Positions 18,858 to 27,945 of a DNA stretch of 50,791 bases are shown here, one piece after another; within the stretch, counting starts at the first letter, position 1; the number at the start of each line of letters is the position of its first letter. The translations under genes and the position numbers were made by a program. The stretch lies in UHGV virus genome UHGV-0205652, one strand, 5' to 3'. Origin of the DNA: a virus. A model generated the notes under the pieces. That model ran no database searches. It saw nothing but the letters and a program-made list of their open reading frames with translations, and was not told where the DNA came from.

Positions 18858-19556
18858 TTAACCTAATTTATTTGAGCCTAAATACCCGCCGAATGGCATA
18901 TTCCCTTTGTGTCTTAATTTGCACCCGCTGTATTTATGAGAGCATTTGTCTTTTAAGGGATCGGTTGTTGGTTGGTCTTTTTCATCTGCAACAGGTGGTC
19001 CATCATAACCACAATCAAATCCTCGGTATCGCCACGAGCAGATATCAGCCTGAATAACTCGCCTAGGTATCAGGGCGTTATCTGTTTCTGTTGGAAGTGC
19101 TAATATATACGTCACAAAATCAGAATCTGAACTTTCTCGCTGTTCGATAACATATTTTTGAACGGCTTCTCTTGTTGGATCTGCTTGTGGGTTTCCGTTG
19201 GGAAAATTAACAGCATCGAGATATTGCTCTAAAACCTGCCTGCGAGTAACGACAGCGCCTAGCGCATCATCATAGTCGTTGTTAATCGCAGTTAACATTC
19301 CGTCAAAGTTAGCAAACGTCATTTTAGGTCTGTCTGATGCACCCTGAGCTGTTACACTAAACCCTGTAACCTGAACAGGATAAGGCTCATATCGTAAGCC
19401 CTGCCAAATAATAGGTTTTAATAAGCCATTCATGCCGTCATGAAACCGGTAAACGTCACCACCAAAACGACTCAAATCGACCTCATACAAATCTAACATT
19501 GCATTTTGCTGTAAATCTGCAACATCTATGCGCATCTCTTGAGGTATATCCCTCAT
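18858..19556 (-). CDS. L: Minor tail protein L
   Basis: Lambda gpL-like, including the C-terminal Cys cluster 'CSWRYRGFDCGY...C..C'. Confidence 0.85.
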   Translation of the reverse strand: MRDIPQEMRIDVADLQQNAMLDLYEVDLSRFGGDVYRFHDGMNGLLKPIIWQGLRYEPYPVQVTGFSVTAQGASDRPKMTFANFDGMLTAINNDYDDALGAVVTRRQVLEQYLDAVNFPNGNPQADPTREAVQKYVIEQRESSDSDFVTYILALPTETDNALIPRRVIQADICSWRYRGFDCGYDGPPVADEKDQPTTDPLKDKCSHKYSGCKLRHKGNMPFGGYLGSNKLG

Positions 19557-19882
19557 GCAATAACCTCCTCAAATGTGCAATCTATCTGCCATGCCGTCGC
19601 TCTTGGCGTTACCTGCCAGCCACGGCAAACAAATTTACGTTTAGAGTTATCATCACTGGTTAGCCATAAGAATGATTCAACTGCACCTCTAGCCTTAAGA
19701 AACTCATCAATCTGTTTCCCAATATCAGCATGTTTAATAAATGAGAGTTGATAAGTCTTTAGTTGGTTGTTGATCCCGTCTTTGACTCTTTGTTCGTAAC
19801 CGTTACCAAACTTGGCCACTTTCACTTTAGGCTCATTACCCACCTGATAAGCTGTTTCAGGTCGCCATTTAAACTCTTCCAT
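19553..19882 (-). CDS. M: Minor tail protein M
   Basis: 'FKWRP...KFGNGYEQR...LKTY.L' parallels lambda gpM. Confidence 0.85.
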   Translation of the reverse strand: MEEFKWRPETAYQVGNEPKVKVAKFGNGYEQRVKDGINNQLKTYQLSFIKHADIGKQIDEFLKARGAVESFLWLTSDDNSKRKFVCRGWQVTPRATAWQIDCTFEEVIA

Positions 19883-19895
19883 TGGTTACTCCAAT

Positions 19896-19925
19896 AAAAA
19901 AGGCGACACAAAGCCGCCTGATCAA
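19896..19925 (-). terminator. Rho-independent terminator on the - strand immediately upstream of the gpM RBS
   Basis: The reverse complement reads AGGCGGCTTTGTGTCGCCT + T6. Confidence 0.4.
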
Positions 19926-20027
19926 ATATCAGGATATTAATAAATATCCATTAGGTTATTTTATATATTCAGCCCAGAGAAACTTGCCGAAGGAATGGCT
20001 GATTTACTTCGGTGTGAGGGAATAAAA

Positions 20028-20324
20028 ATGAGTAATAAATTTTTAGATCCACTAAAACCATCTCACGAACAACTTGATATTGCCATACCTAAATTACTAG
20101 ATGCAAAATCAGTTCTTGATGAGGTGTTACCTTTTTACATTGCCTTTACAGCAAAAACATCCAAAGACCCAGAAGCTTTTTACCCATTAATAATGAAATG
20201 CTTAGAGGCTATTTTTGGGGTTGATAAAACCAAAAGAAATATAAAAGATAACGAGATAGCAGACTACGCCTACTCATTGGAAATGAAATCAAAACAAATT
20301 TTCGATAAGATAAAAGATATTTAA
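20028..20324 (+). CDS. Hypothetical protein (98 aa; track ORF from 19995) in reverse orientation inside the tail operon (moron)
   Basis: SD GAGGGA before MSNKF. AT-rich. Flanked by terminators. Confidence 0.55.
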   Translation: MSNKFLDPLKPSHEQLDIAIPKLLDAKSVLDEVLPFYIAFTAKTSKDPEAFYPLIMKCLEAIFGVDKTKRNIKDNEIADYAYSLEMKSKQIFDKIKDI

Positions 20325-20335
20325 CCATAAAAATA

Positions 20336-20372
20336 AAGCGTAACAATGTCAATTTTGTTGCGCTTTTACCAT
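20336..20372. terminator. Bidirectional hairpin terminator between the convergent ORFs 20028-20324 and 20349-20627
   Basis: AAAGCGTAACAA...TTGTTGCGCTTTT with A- and T-runs on both sides. Confidence 0.4.
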
Positions 20373-20627
20373 TGTATGAAAATAATTTCGAGCATATTCC
20401 TCCGCTCTGCCAAAAAAGTGCTTTAACCCCTCATCAGGATTAAAATCTTCTTCATATCGCAATGTCAGGCTAGAATTATCATCATCAGATAAAATCTTAG
20501 TAATAACAACTTTTGATTCCAAGGTGGCTACAGTTCCCGTGGAAAAATTTAAGCTACCTTTAAATTCTTCAATAGCGCCATCTGTGAATCTAAATGACTT
20601 AATTGGAAATCCAACTTCAATTTTCAT
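20349..20627 (-). CDS. Hypothetical protein (92 aa) between the tape measure protein and gpM; not present in the lambda layout
   Basis: ORF directly after the TMP stop. Confidence 0.5.
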   Translation of the reverse strand: MKIEVGFPIKSFRFTDGAIEEFKGSLNFSTGTVATLESKVVITKILSDDDNSSLTLRYEEDFNPDEGLKHFFGRAEEYARNYFHTMVKAQQN

Positions 20628-20642
20628 AACTACCTCTCTTAA

Positions 20643-23600
20643 TTACCAACCTCTTACTTTTTCCAAAGCACCACCGCTACGCATTTCGTTACCAAGTACG
20701 TCATAAACCGTACCTCTCACCATTTGCTGTATCTGTTGTGCTTCCTTTTGAGTGATGCCATTAGGTGCTTGAACTTGGAATGTAAAGTTCATATCACCCA
20801 TGCTGACACCATTACCGCCTTTACCCATTTGTCGATTACTAATAACTCGACCATTATCGCCCGGTATCATGTACTGACTACCGTTAGATGCCTTGAATAT
20901 CTCAGGCTTACCACCTTCACCCACTCGATACATAGAGCCAGCATTTACGGGGCCACCATTTTTACGAGCACCAGCAACCAACCCCATCGTTTTACTAGCC
21001 GCCATAGCCGCCGTATATGATGATGTTCCCGTTGCCACTGCTGCGCCTAATGTGGCTATTGATGCGCTTAACGCCGCTGGTGCCCATGCCGCTTGCGCTG
21101 CCGCAGCCTGAGCCAATGCAGATGCTTGAGCGGCTGTCGCCATACTTTCACCCATAACCATATTCTTAACCTGTTGCATACCCATTTGAACCAGAGCGCC
21201 AACAGCTTGGTCTACAATGGTTAATGCGACATTACGGAAAGCATCGTTAAGGGATTGTGTTTGAGTTAATAGCCCCGTGAGTACGTTAGTAGAGCGTTGT
21301 CCTAATGCGTCCAACCCATCAGCTAAGAATTGATTAGCTTGGCTCTGATTACGCCATATCTCCCATTGAGCATTCATGCGGTCTTGCTCATATTGAGTAT
21401 TGGCGGCATTCATTAACTCTAAGCCACGCTGAGTAATAGCGCCTTTTTCTGTTTCGAATTGGCGGATCATCTCAAGTTTCTTAGCGTGTTCGTTAGCCAG
21501 TGCTTGTATCGGGTCGTATTGCCCTTTGGCTTCAGTTATTGGGTCAATAACCGCGTTTATTTTTATTTCAGCCATTCCAGCATCAAATGCCTTCATTGCT
21601 TTATTGCCTAACGCCTTAAACGTTTCTTCATCAATGAAATCATTATCAAACATGCGTTTAAGCTCTTCAGACTCTTGTCTAAATGCTCTTGCAAGTTTTA
21701 ACTCCGGTGTGATTTCTTGTGACTTAATAAAGTCATCGACTTTTTGCTTGAGGTCAAAAACTTCGGCGGCTTCTTTAGCAATAGCTTTCTTTTGCTTGTC
21801 TGTCGCATCAGCCCCCAGACTTTGAACAGCGTTAAAAATAGCCATCTCTCTATTTACGTTAGCTGCGCCAGAACTCAATAATTCAAATTCTTTTCTTAAC
21901 GCCTCAGTCTGTTGTTGTTGTTTTTTAATGGCATCGTCAATGCGTTTAGCTTCGTTATTTCCTGATTTTGATTTCTTGTTTTGATTTGTTAACTTTTCCC
22001 TAGCCTCGGTTTCTTCTTTAATCAGTTGTATATAACGCTTTACCTGTCCCTCATCAGTCATGCCCATTTGAGCCGCCGCAACTTTTGCACGGTACTCTAT
22101 AGCCGCATCCTTACCTTTTTCCATTTCAAGTCTTAGTGCGGTTACATTAAGCTCTATTCCTTGTAGCATCACTTCAAAGTTATTTGATAACTTCGCTTCT
22201 AATGCTGTTCTGAGGTTCGAAATAGCATCTTTCGCCTCTTTAGGTGGAATTTTAGCATCCTCTAACGCCTTGGAAAGCTTAGCTACTTGGATTTCTATAT
22301 CTGCAATAGCAGGCGAACCTGACTCTAATGTTTTCAACAATAATTCATTAGCTTCGCGAACTCCGCCAACGGATTTTAGATATAAAGCATTAGCTTCTAT
22401 TTGTTCGTCGGTTTTACCTGTCCTTTCTTTTTCTGTCTTGTTTAATAATTCCAGTGATCGGGAATAATGCTTGTTTTCTTGTGTTAGGTTTGCCTTCTGC
22501 TCTTCAAGTAATTTAAGTTTTTGCCTTAATTCATCTACAGTTTTTACATCCTTTAATATATCACCAGCCCACCACTTCTCATTTTCCATACTATTAATCA
22601 AATCACGTATGGAATTAATTCTCTCCTCTAACAAATTTATGTCTTTAGTATTTGTCCTAATGACTATTTCTGCCTTTGTTGCATTTGCCGCAGCTTGTTT
22701 CGCGTTAAGTTCATCTAGCTTATTAATAGCTTCATCAATTTTTGACTTATAATCATCTATAGATGAGTTATCACTCATTGATTGATAAAGCGCATACACC
22801 CCTGCTGCGGCCAACATAAACAATCCAGTAGGACCACCCAATAATGCCATTGCGCTTTTCAATCCATTCATGGCTATAGATTGAGCTCTTGTAGCTAATG
22901 TTACTTTTTTTGATGCCTCCTCTACAGCCTCATTTGCTGACTTTAAGGTTGCTTTACCTTTCTGCTCTAGCGCTATTGCTGCGTTTAACCGTTTAGTTGC
23001 AAGCGCTTCCGCCTCTTTTGCTGCTGCAATACGAGCCTCTATTGCGGCTATTTCTTTACCAGTAACTGACAACTGTGTCTTTATTTTATTTTCGGTAGCG
23101 TAAAGTGCATTTTTTGCTTTAGTTACCGCCATTAAATTCTTTTCGCTAGCCGTCATCTGGTAGTTTTCTTCCGCATCTTTAACCATCAAAATTTGACGCT
23201 GACGAAGTGCCTCCAGATCCTTCATTTTTGCATCTGTAGAGCGCTCTATTTCAGTAATAGTGCTTTTTTCAGCACTAACTGAGGCTAACTTGCTTTGAGC
23301 TTCCTCTTTTGCTGCTTTTGCATTTAATACTTGCTGAGATGCGGCAGCTTGAAGTGCTTCTGCTTCTTTTTGCGCTGATTTAGCGTGTTCTAATTCTGCT
23401 TGAGTGGCTAGGATCGCGGCTTTTGTGTGCTGAACAAGTTGACTAGTTGCACTACCAACATTGCTAACATAGCCAGCGCCAAATGTTCCTGACACGGTAC
23501 TTAAGACGCCAGCAAATCTATTGTTCACCTGAGTCGCTTTCTCTGTTTTTGCTGACTGAGCACCAATACTGCCAGCTAACTCAGACATTTTTCTGGATAG

Positions 23601-23798
23601 CTTGTTTATCTCTGGCATTTTTAGAGAGGAACCAACATTAGCGGCTGTTCTATCTAGCTTATTAAGCGCTTCTGTGGTTTTTTTTGTTGAGTTATTCATT
23701 TCCTCTAGGGATTTACTTACTTCCTTTTCACCTTGTAATAAAGGCTTTATATCCATTGATACTTGGTAAACAATACCGCCAACGTTTTGTTCTGACAT
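20643..23798 (-). CDS. H: Tail tape measure protein (gpH-like)
   Basis: 1051 aa, long Ala/Gln/Lys-rich coiled-coil, C-terminal Gly-rich region. Start set at MSEQ (SD AGGAG). A terminator lies within the longer track ORF. Confidence 0.9.
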   Translation of the reverse strand: MSEQNVGGIVYQVSMDIKPLLQGEKEVSKSLEEMNNSTKKTTEALNKLDRTAANVGSSLKMPEINKLSRKMSELAGSIGAQSAKTEKATQVNNRFAGVLSTVSGTFGAGYVSNVGSATSQLVQHTKAAILATQAELEHAKSAQKEAEALQAAASQQVLNAKAAKEEAQSKLASVSAEKSTITEIERSTDAKMKDLEALRQRQILMVKDAEENYQMTASEKNLMAVTKAKNALYATENKIKTQLSVTGKEIAAIEARIAAAKEAEALATKRLNAAIALEQKGKATLKSANEAVEEASKKVTLATRAQSIAMNGLKSAMALLGGPTGLFMLAAAGVYALYQSMSDNSSIDDYKSKIDEAINKLDELNAKQAAANATKAEIVIRTNTKDINLLEERINSIRDLINSMENEKWWAGDILKDVKTVDELRQKLKLLEEQKANLTQENKHYSRSLELLNKTEKERTGKTDEQIEANALYLKSVGGVREANELLLKTLESGSPAIADIEIQVAKLSKALEDAKIPPKEAKDAISNLRTALEAKLSNNFEVMLQGIELNVTALRLEMEKGKDAAIEYRAKVAAAQMGMTDEGQVKRYIQLIKEETEAREKLTNQNKKSKSGNNEAKRIDDAIKKQQQQTEALRKEFELLSSGAANVNREMAIFNAVQSLGADATDKQKKAIAKEAAEVFDLKQKVDDFIKSQEITPELKLARAFRQESEELKRMFDNDFIDEETFKALGNKAMKAFDAGMAEIKINAVIDPITEAKGQYDPIQALANEHAKKLEMIRQFETEKGAITQRGLELMNAANTQYEQDRMNAQWEIWRNQSQANQFLADGLDALGQRSTNVLTGLLTQTQSLNDAFRNVALTIVDQAVGALVQMGMQQVKNMVMGESMATAAQASALAQAAAAQAAWAPAALSASIATLGAAVATGTSSYTAAMAASKTMGLVAGARKNGGPVNAGSMYRVGEGGKPEIFKASNGSQYMIPGDNGRVISNRQMGKGGNGVSMGDMNFTFQVQAPNGITQKEAQQIQQMVRGTVYDVLGNEMRSGGALEKVRGW

Positions 23799-23809
23799 TT
23801 TAAGTCTCC

Positions 23810-23840
23810 TAAAAAAGAAAACCCTGCCAAAATGACAGGG
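23810..23840 (-). terminator. Rho-independent terminator closing the cargo island, just upstream of the TMP RBS
   Basis: The reverse complement reads CCCTGTCATTTTGGCAGGG + TTTTCTTTTTT. Confidence 0.5.
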
Positions 23841-23925
23841 TCTTATGCACAAAGGTATTAACTTGTATTTGTAGATGTTTGATAATCACAAAATAAAAAC
23901 ATTATTAGTTCTATTGCAAAGAGAA

Positions 23926-24282
23926 TTATCTCCTTTTTAAAATCTCTCTTATCTTTTCATGGTTTGTACCTTGCGGTGCTTGCTTATTATTCACATCACT
24001 ATCTTTTTTTGCTTTATTTTTTTCAGCTAGCTCAGTTAGGTATTTAGAGTTATCAAGAGAACCAAGTATGTGACTAGTATTCCTATCAATCGCTTCAACA
24101 ATGAAACCACACCCTGTAAATATAGCTCCTATCAATGCAATAAGGAGTGAAAGAGAGACATATGCCATTCCCTCTGCTGGGTTAAATTTATCGAAGTAAC
24201 TTGTTCCTGTAGTAGATGTCACATAGAAACCAAACACAACGCTTAATATTAATATAACGATGCCAACATACTTTAATCTCAC
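23926..24282 (-). CDS. Small membrane protein (2 TM helices, GTG start); last gene of the cargo cassette
   Basis: 'VGIVILILSVVFGFYV' and 'YVSLSLLIALIGAIFTGCGFIV'. Confidence 0.55.
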   Translation of the reverse strand: MRLKYVGIVILILSVVFGFYVTSTTGTSYFDKFNPAEGMAYVSLSLLIALIGAIFTGCGFIVEAIDRNTSHILGSLDNSKYLTELAEKNKAKKDSDVNNKQAPQGTNHEKIREILKRR

Positions 24283-24375
24283 AACACCATCCTCGTTAGT
24301 TAATTTGTTATTAGTTTAGCTGTTTGTGGTGCAAATGGGAGCAAACAAAAAACCTGCCGAAGCATGTTTATAGAA

Positions 24376-25044
24376 TTATGATACCAATTCTGATGAGAAC
24401 AATCTTTCTAAAAACTTTTTATTTATTAAATATTCTATATTTTCATTTAGATATAAAAATGAATACTTTATGTCTTCTTTATTATTAATTAGCAAAAAAT
24501 TATCTAGTGACGACTGCACTGAAACGAGGTCATTACATAGATTTCTGCTTTTTTTCTTTTCAAAAATCTTGGATGAATCAATGTATTTATAGCTTTTTGA
24601 TACATCAATATCAGCCTTGACATTGTTATGAACGTAATTACATGCATCAGAATATACCCTAGTAAGTGCGCTAACACCGTCTACACCTTTATATCTTTCT
24701 TTAAACTCACTGAACATCCTTGTAACACCGATCTCATCATCATTATCTTTGTTCAACAAGAATCTAATTGAATTTTCAATGCATGACCTTATATTAAAAT
24801 AAAAGTATCTATCTTCATTTTTTTTTATTGCTGAAATACAACCTAAAAAATCATAGATGACGCTTAATAAGTGTCTATTACCTCTCAAAGATTTTTCGTG
24901 AATTATCTTCAAAAAAATAGACTTTTTTACCGCTGATATTAACGAGTCAACAACATATTGGTCAGGAATTACTTTTAGGTCTTCTTTGAACTTGGACACT
25001 GTTCCCAACACGTTGTAAGGGTCAATAGTAAGGAAGTTACTCAC
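24376..25044 (-). CDS. Uncharacterised alpha-helical protein (222 aa), cassette gene 3
   Basis: No recognisable motif. The start overlaps the upstream gene stop by 8 nt. Very AT-rich. Confidence 0.65.
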   Translation of the reverse strand: MSNFLTIDPYNVLGTVSKFKEDLKVIPDQYVVDSLISAVKKSIFLKIIHEKSLRGNRHLLSVIYDFLGCISAIKKNEDRYFYFNIRSCIENSIRFLLNKDNDDEIGVTRMFSEFKERYKGVDGVSALTRVYSDACNYVHNNVKADIDVSKSYKYIDSSKIFEKKKSRNLCNDLVSVQSSLDNFLLINNKEDIKYSFLYLNENIEYLINKKFLERLFSSELVS

Positions 25045-25456
25045 CCCTAAACCCCTTTATCCACTTTGAGATACTTTCTGTTGTAGTATTTTTACCTTTT
25101 CTCTTTTTATTTTCTTTCTTTTTCGCTTCTAAAGCGATATCGTTGATTGGCAGCTGATCTAGCTTTTCATAAATGATATTGACAACAGTATTTTTAGCTG
25201 TGAAATGATTTCCATCAGAATATTTTCTAACTATATCTTTCGCAAGCCTAGAGAACATAAGGGTTCTTGAGGATACAACGTATCTTTTATATTCTATCTT
25301 AAATGCATCTTTAATAAATTCACTCAATTCAAAATTCGACTTAAAAATTTCTTTGGAAAATATTACTAAAGATAGAAACCCGATCATAAACTCAAGCGAT
25401 TCAGAATCTTTTAGTTCCATTAATTTCTTTTTAGTTATTAATTTATTCTGATTCAT
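25037..25456 (-). CDS. Uncharacterised protein (about 139 aa) with a C-terminal Lys-rich tail, cassette gene 2
   Basis: Start placed at the MNQNK ATG with SD AAAGAGG. The track ORF extends upstream into the ParA gene. Confidence 0.55.
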   Translation of the reverse strand: MNQNKLITKKKLMELKDSESLEFMIGFLSLVIFSKEIFKSNFELSEFIKDAFKIEYKRYVVSSRTLMFSRLAKDIVRKYSDGNHFTAKNTVVNIIYEKLDQLPINDIALEAKKKENKKRKGKNTTTESISKWIKGFRGE

Positions 25457-26294
25457 CATCAACCTCTTTAAGCTTAGCCTCGAGTTCCGTACATATTCTA
25501 TCAATGATTTCTTTAGACTGAGAATACGCTGACGCAAAATTTAATTGCTGACCAACCTGTAAATCCCTAACCTTTGAAAAATGATTCTTGAAGAAATATA
25601 GATCCCTGATTCCTTTTTCGGTTTCTATAGCCGTCTTAATTGCTCTGGTCTTCTTGGTCAATCTTTTTGGTGCAGTATCGGTATAAATAACACCCAACGG
25701 CTTTATTGTAAGTCTTTGATCTCTAGCCAGCTTAGAAACAATTGATAGCAAATTGTTACTCCCTAATACTGAATACTGATCTATTCTCATTGGCATTATA
25801 TAATGTGTAGATGCCATTATGGACGCTTCGGTATACATCGAAATGGTAGGCGGACAATCAATAAAAATATAGTCGTAGATTTCTCTTAACTTATTGTCTT
25901 CAATGAAATTTCTTATCCTAATCAATCTAATTGTATCTACCGTGTTATGCTCAAACATTATGTTTATATCACCAGGGATTATATCTAGATTTGGATATAC
26001 ACTGTAAATAACATCTTCTTTTTTTAATACTGCATCTTCATCATATATAGAAGCATTTACTTCAAATATTCTCTTGATTGTCTTTCTTTGTTTTACTAAA
26101 GATAAGTACTCACTTATTTTATCATGCTTACCCATAAAAGATTGTGTTGCATTAAACTGAGGATCAATATCTATTATTAATACTTTTTTATCCTTATAGT
26201 TTGCTAAATACTCACCAATACTAATACATAGAGTGGTCTTTCCCACCCCACCCTTCATATTAATAAAGCTAATTACAGGCGCATTCATGTGCAA
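25443..26294 (-). CDS. ParA/MinD/Soj-family P-loop ATPase (small type-Ib-like, no N-terminal HTH)
   Basis: Deviant Walker A 'KGGVGKTT', then 'IIDIDPQFN' and 'IFIDCPP'. Confidence 0.85.
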   Translation of the reverse strand: MHMNAPVISFINMKGGVGKTTLCISIGEYLANYKDKKVLIIDIDPQFNATQSFMGKHDKISEYLSLVKQRKTIKRIFEVNASIYDEDAVLKKEDVIYSVYPNLDIIPGDINIMFEHNTVDTIRLIRIRNFIEDNKLREIYDYIFIDCPPTISMYTEASIMASTHYIMPMRIDQYSVLGSNNLLSIVSKLARDQRLTIKPLGVIYTDTAPKRLTKKTRAIKTAIETEKGIRDLYFFKNHFSKVRDLQVGQQLNFASAYSQSKEIIDRICTELEAKLKEVDDESE

Positions 26295-26388
26295 GCTCCA
26301 AAGAAAATATCAAAATATATTACAGGCACTAAAAAATTTTACATTCCTGTTTTTTATACAGTAACAACAAAATAAAATGTGATATTAG

Positions 26389-26646
26389 TCACTTTTTACC
26401 CTCATTCATTTTCTTGATAGTTTCCATGAACAGTTCTTTGAACTTTTCAGGATCAAGCTGTGACAACTCATTTAAGTTTTTATGGGTGCTATCCTCATCC
26501 ACTGCAGACTGAAGAATCATAACCATTTCAGCATTAAGAGATCGCCCATTCTTACTTGCCCTTTGCATTAACTTTTCCTTCAGAGTATCAGGCATTCTAA
26601 GGCTATAAGGCGTTATATCTCTTATTCTCGTATTTTTTTGTGACAT
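26389..26646 (-). CDS. mnt: Mnt-like ribbon-helix-helix repressor
   Basis: 'YSLRMPDTLKEKLMQRASKNGRSLNAEMVMILQSAV' aligns with the recalled P22 Mnt 'FNFRMPMEVREKLKFRAEANGRSMNSELLQIVQDAL'. Divergent from arc-ant. Confidence 0.8.
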   Translation of the reverse strand: MSQKNTRIRDITPYSLRMPDTLKEKLMQRASKNGRSLNAEMVMILQSAVDEDSTHKNLNELSQLDPEKFKELFMETIKKMNEGKK

Positions 26647-26759
26647 ACAACCACCAGTAAAGTCATTGTGATATCACAATATAGTCAATTATTCGTTGAC
26701 TATATAGATTCACATTGATATCTTTGTGATGTCACATAGACACATAAAAGGATGAAGAT
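26647..26759. promoter_or_regulatory. Divergent promoter/operator region: perfect 14-bp palindrome TTGTGATATCACAA (26666-26679), a 24-bp palindrome ATAGTCAA-N8-TTGACTAT (26681-26704) and the imperfect TGTGATGTCACA (26725-26736)
   Basis: Palindromes read directly from the sequence. The arrangement parallels the Mnt and Arc operators of P22 immI. Confidence 0.5.
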
Positions 26760-26921
26760 ATGAATACCAATAAAAAAACAGGAAAATTTCAACTCAGATT
26801 AACAGAGGTGTTAAAAAGTAAAGTGGTAGAACTCTCAGCGAAAGATGGTATTTCGCAAAACTCAATAGTTAATCAAGCGATAGCTTGGTATGTGAAAGAA
26901 AGAGAAAAACGTGTCAACTAA
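26760..26921 (+). CDS. arc: Arc-like ribbon-helix-helix repressor, 53 aa (MNTNKKTGKFQLRLTEVLKSKVVELSAKDGISQNSIVNQAIAWYVKEREKRVN)
   Basis: Translated by hand; below the track cutoff. It has the beta-strand 'FQLRL' then two helices, like P22 Arc, and lies directly upstream of ant. Confidence 0.7.
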   Translation: MNTNKKTGKFQLRLTEVLKSKVVELSAKDGISQNSIVNQAIAWYVKEREKRVN

Positions 26922-26990
26922 AACAGCGAAGCCCCAACTATTTGCGGTAGCTAGGGCTTCTAATTTGTCAGAAACTACGGAGTAACCGAC

Positions 26991-27824
26991 ATGACTAGTG
27001 TATCAACAATTAACGTACCTTTCCACGGTAACAACCTGTATGTAGTAAATTTCAACGGCGAACCATATGTACCAATGAAGCCAATAGTTGAAGGCATGGG
27101 GTTAACTTGGCAATCTCAATTTGAAAAGCTAAAACAAAGGTTTAGTAAAGGGATCACGGAAATCGTGATACCTTCAAAAGGCGGTGAGCAATCAATGCTT
27201 TGCCTAGCTCTCCGTAAACTTGCAGGCTGGCTTCACACTATCAGCCCTAACAAAGTCAAACCAGAGATCCGCGATAAAGTAATCAAGTATCAAGAAGAGT
27301 GTGACGACGTACTTTATGAATATTGGACTACTGGTGAAGTTAAGAAAAAACACAAATCAACTGTTCAAGAACGCAACCCATTAAAGAATGCTGTTAATCT
27401 ACTGGTTAGTAAGAAAGGCATTATGTACCCAGAAGCCTATTCTCTTGTTCACCAGAAATTTAATGTTAGTAGCATTGAAGAGCTAACAGCAGATCAGATA
27501 CCCGATGCGGTTGAGTATATTCACAAGTTCGTTCTTGAAGGTGAATACATTCCTAAACAGGAAGAAAATATACTTTTTGAGCCAAATCAAAACTCAATCA
27601 CTGTAACCATACCCAAAGAAGGCAGATGGTTAGTTTCTTATAAAAATGGAAAGCAACAAGTAGTTAGCGTTGATGGTCATAACGTTGTCAGTGTTGAATA
27701 CATTCAAAAATTACAACGTGACTCTAATGCTCTTATTGAGTTACTGCAAAACTTCCGCTTACGCACCCAAGTTATGCAAGGTGAGAAAAGCGGAGATATT
27801 TTAAACACTCCGTTAATTGCATAA
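26991..27824 (+). CDS. ant: Antirepressor (P22 Ant-like N-terminal domain plus C-terminal domain)
   Basis: N-terminal 'INVPFHGNNLYVVNFNGEPYVPMKPIVEGMGLTWQSQ' is a typical AntA/P22_AR N-terminal domain. Follows arc. Confidence 0.8.
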   Translation: MTSVSTINVPFHGNNLYVVNFNGEPYVPMKPIVEGMGLTWQSQFEKLKQRFSKGITEIVIPSKGGEQSMLCLALRKLAGWLHTISPNKVKPEIRDKVIKYQEECDDVLYEYWTTGEVKKKHKSTVQERNPLKNAVNLLVSKKGIMYPEAYSLVHQKFNVSSIEELTADQIPDAVEYIHKFVLEGEYIPKQEENILFEPNQNSITVTIPKEGRWLVSYKNGKQQVVSVDGHNVVSVEYIQKLQRDSNALIELLQNFRLRTQVMQGEKSGDILNTPLIA

Positions 27825-27880
27825 CAACAGTAGTAACGCCCAAGGATGGGCACTTATGTTATATAGATAGTGATGCAAAA

Positions 27881-27945
27881 CAAAGCAAAAAGCCTCAGTT
27901 AAGAGGCGTGGTGAAATTTGGGCAACAAAAAACCCACCGGAGTGG
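27881..27945 (-). terminator. Two tandem - strand terminators (GCCTCTTAACTGAGGC+T5; CCCACTCCGGTGGG+T6) after the DUF3800 gene
   Basis: Hairpins and T-runs read on the reverse complement. On the + strand the same structures follow ant. Confidence 0.5.

Noticed and set aside
23799-23852. 18-aa N-terminal extension of the tape measure ORF (MCIRPCHFGRVFFFRRLK)
   Set aside because: It contains the island's terminator hairpin and T-run. The MSEQ start has a canonical AGGAG SD.
25443-26294. Interpreting ParA as proof that the phage lysogenises as a plasmid (N15/P1-like)
   Set aside because: An intact integrase, excisionase and attP-like region argue for integrative lysogeny. A partition role is kept only as an alternative hypothesis.
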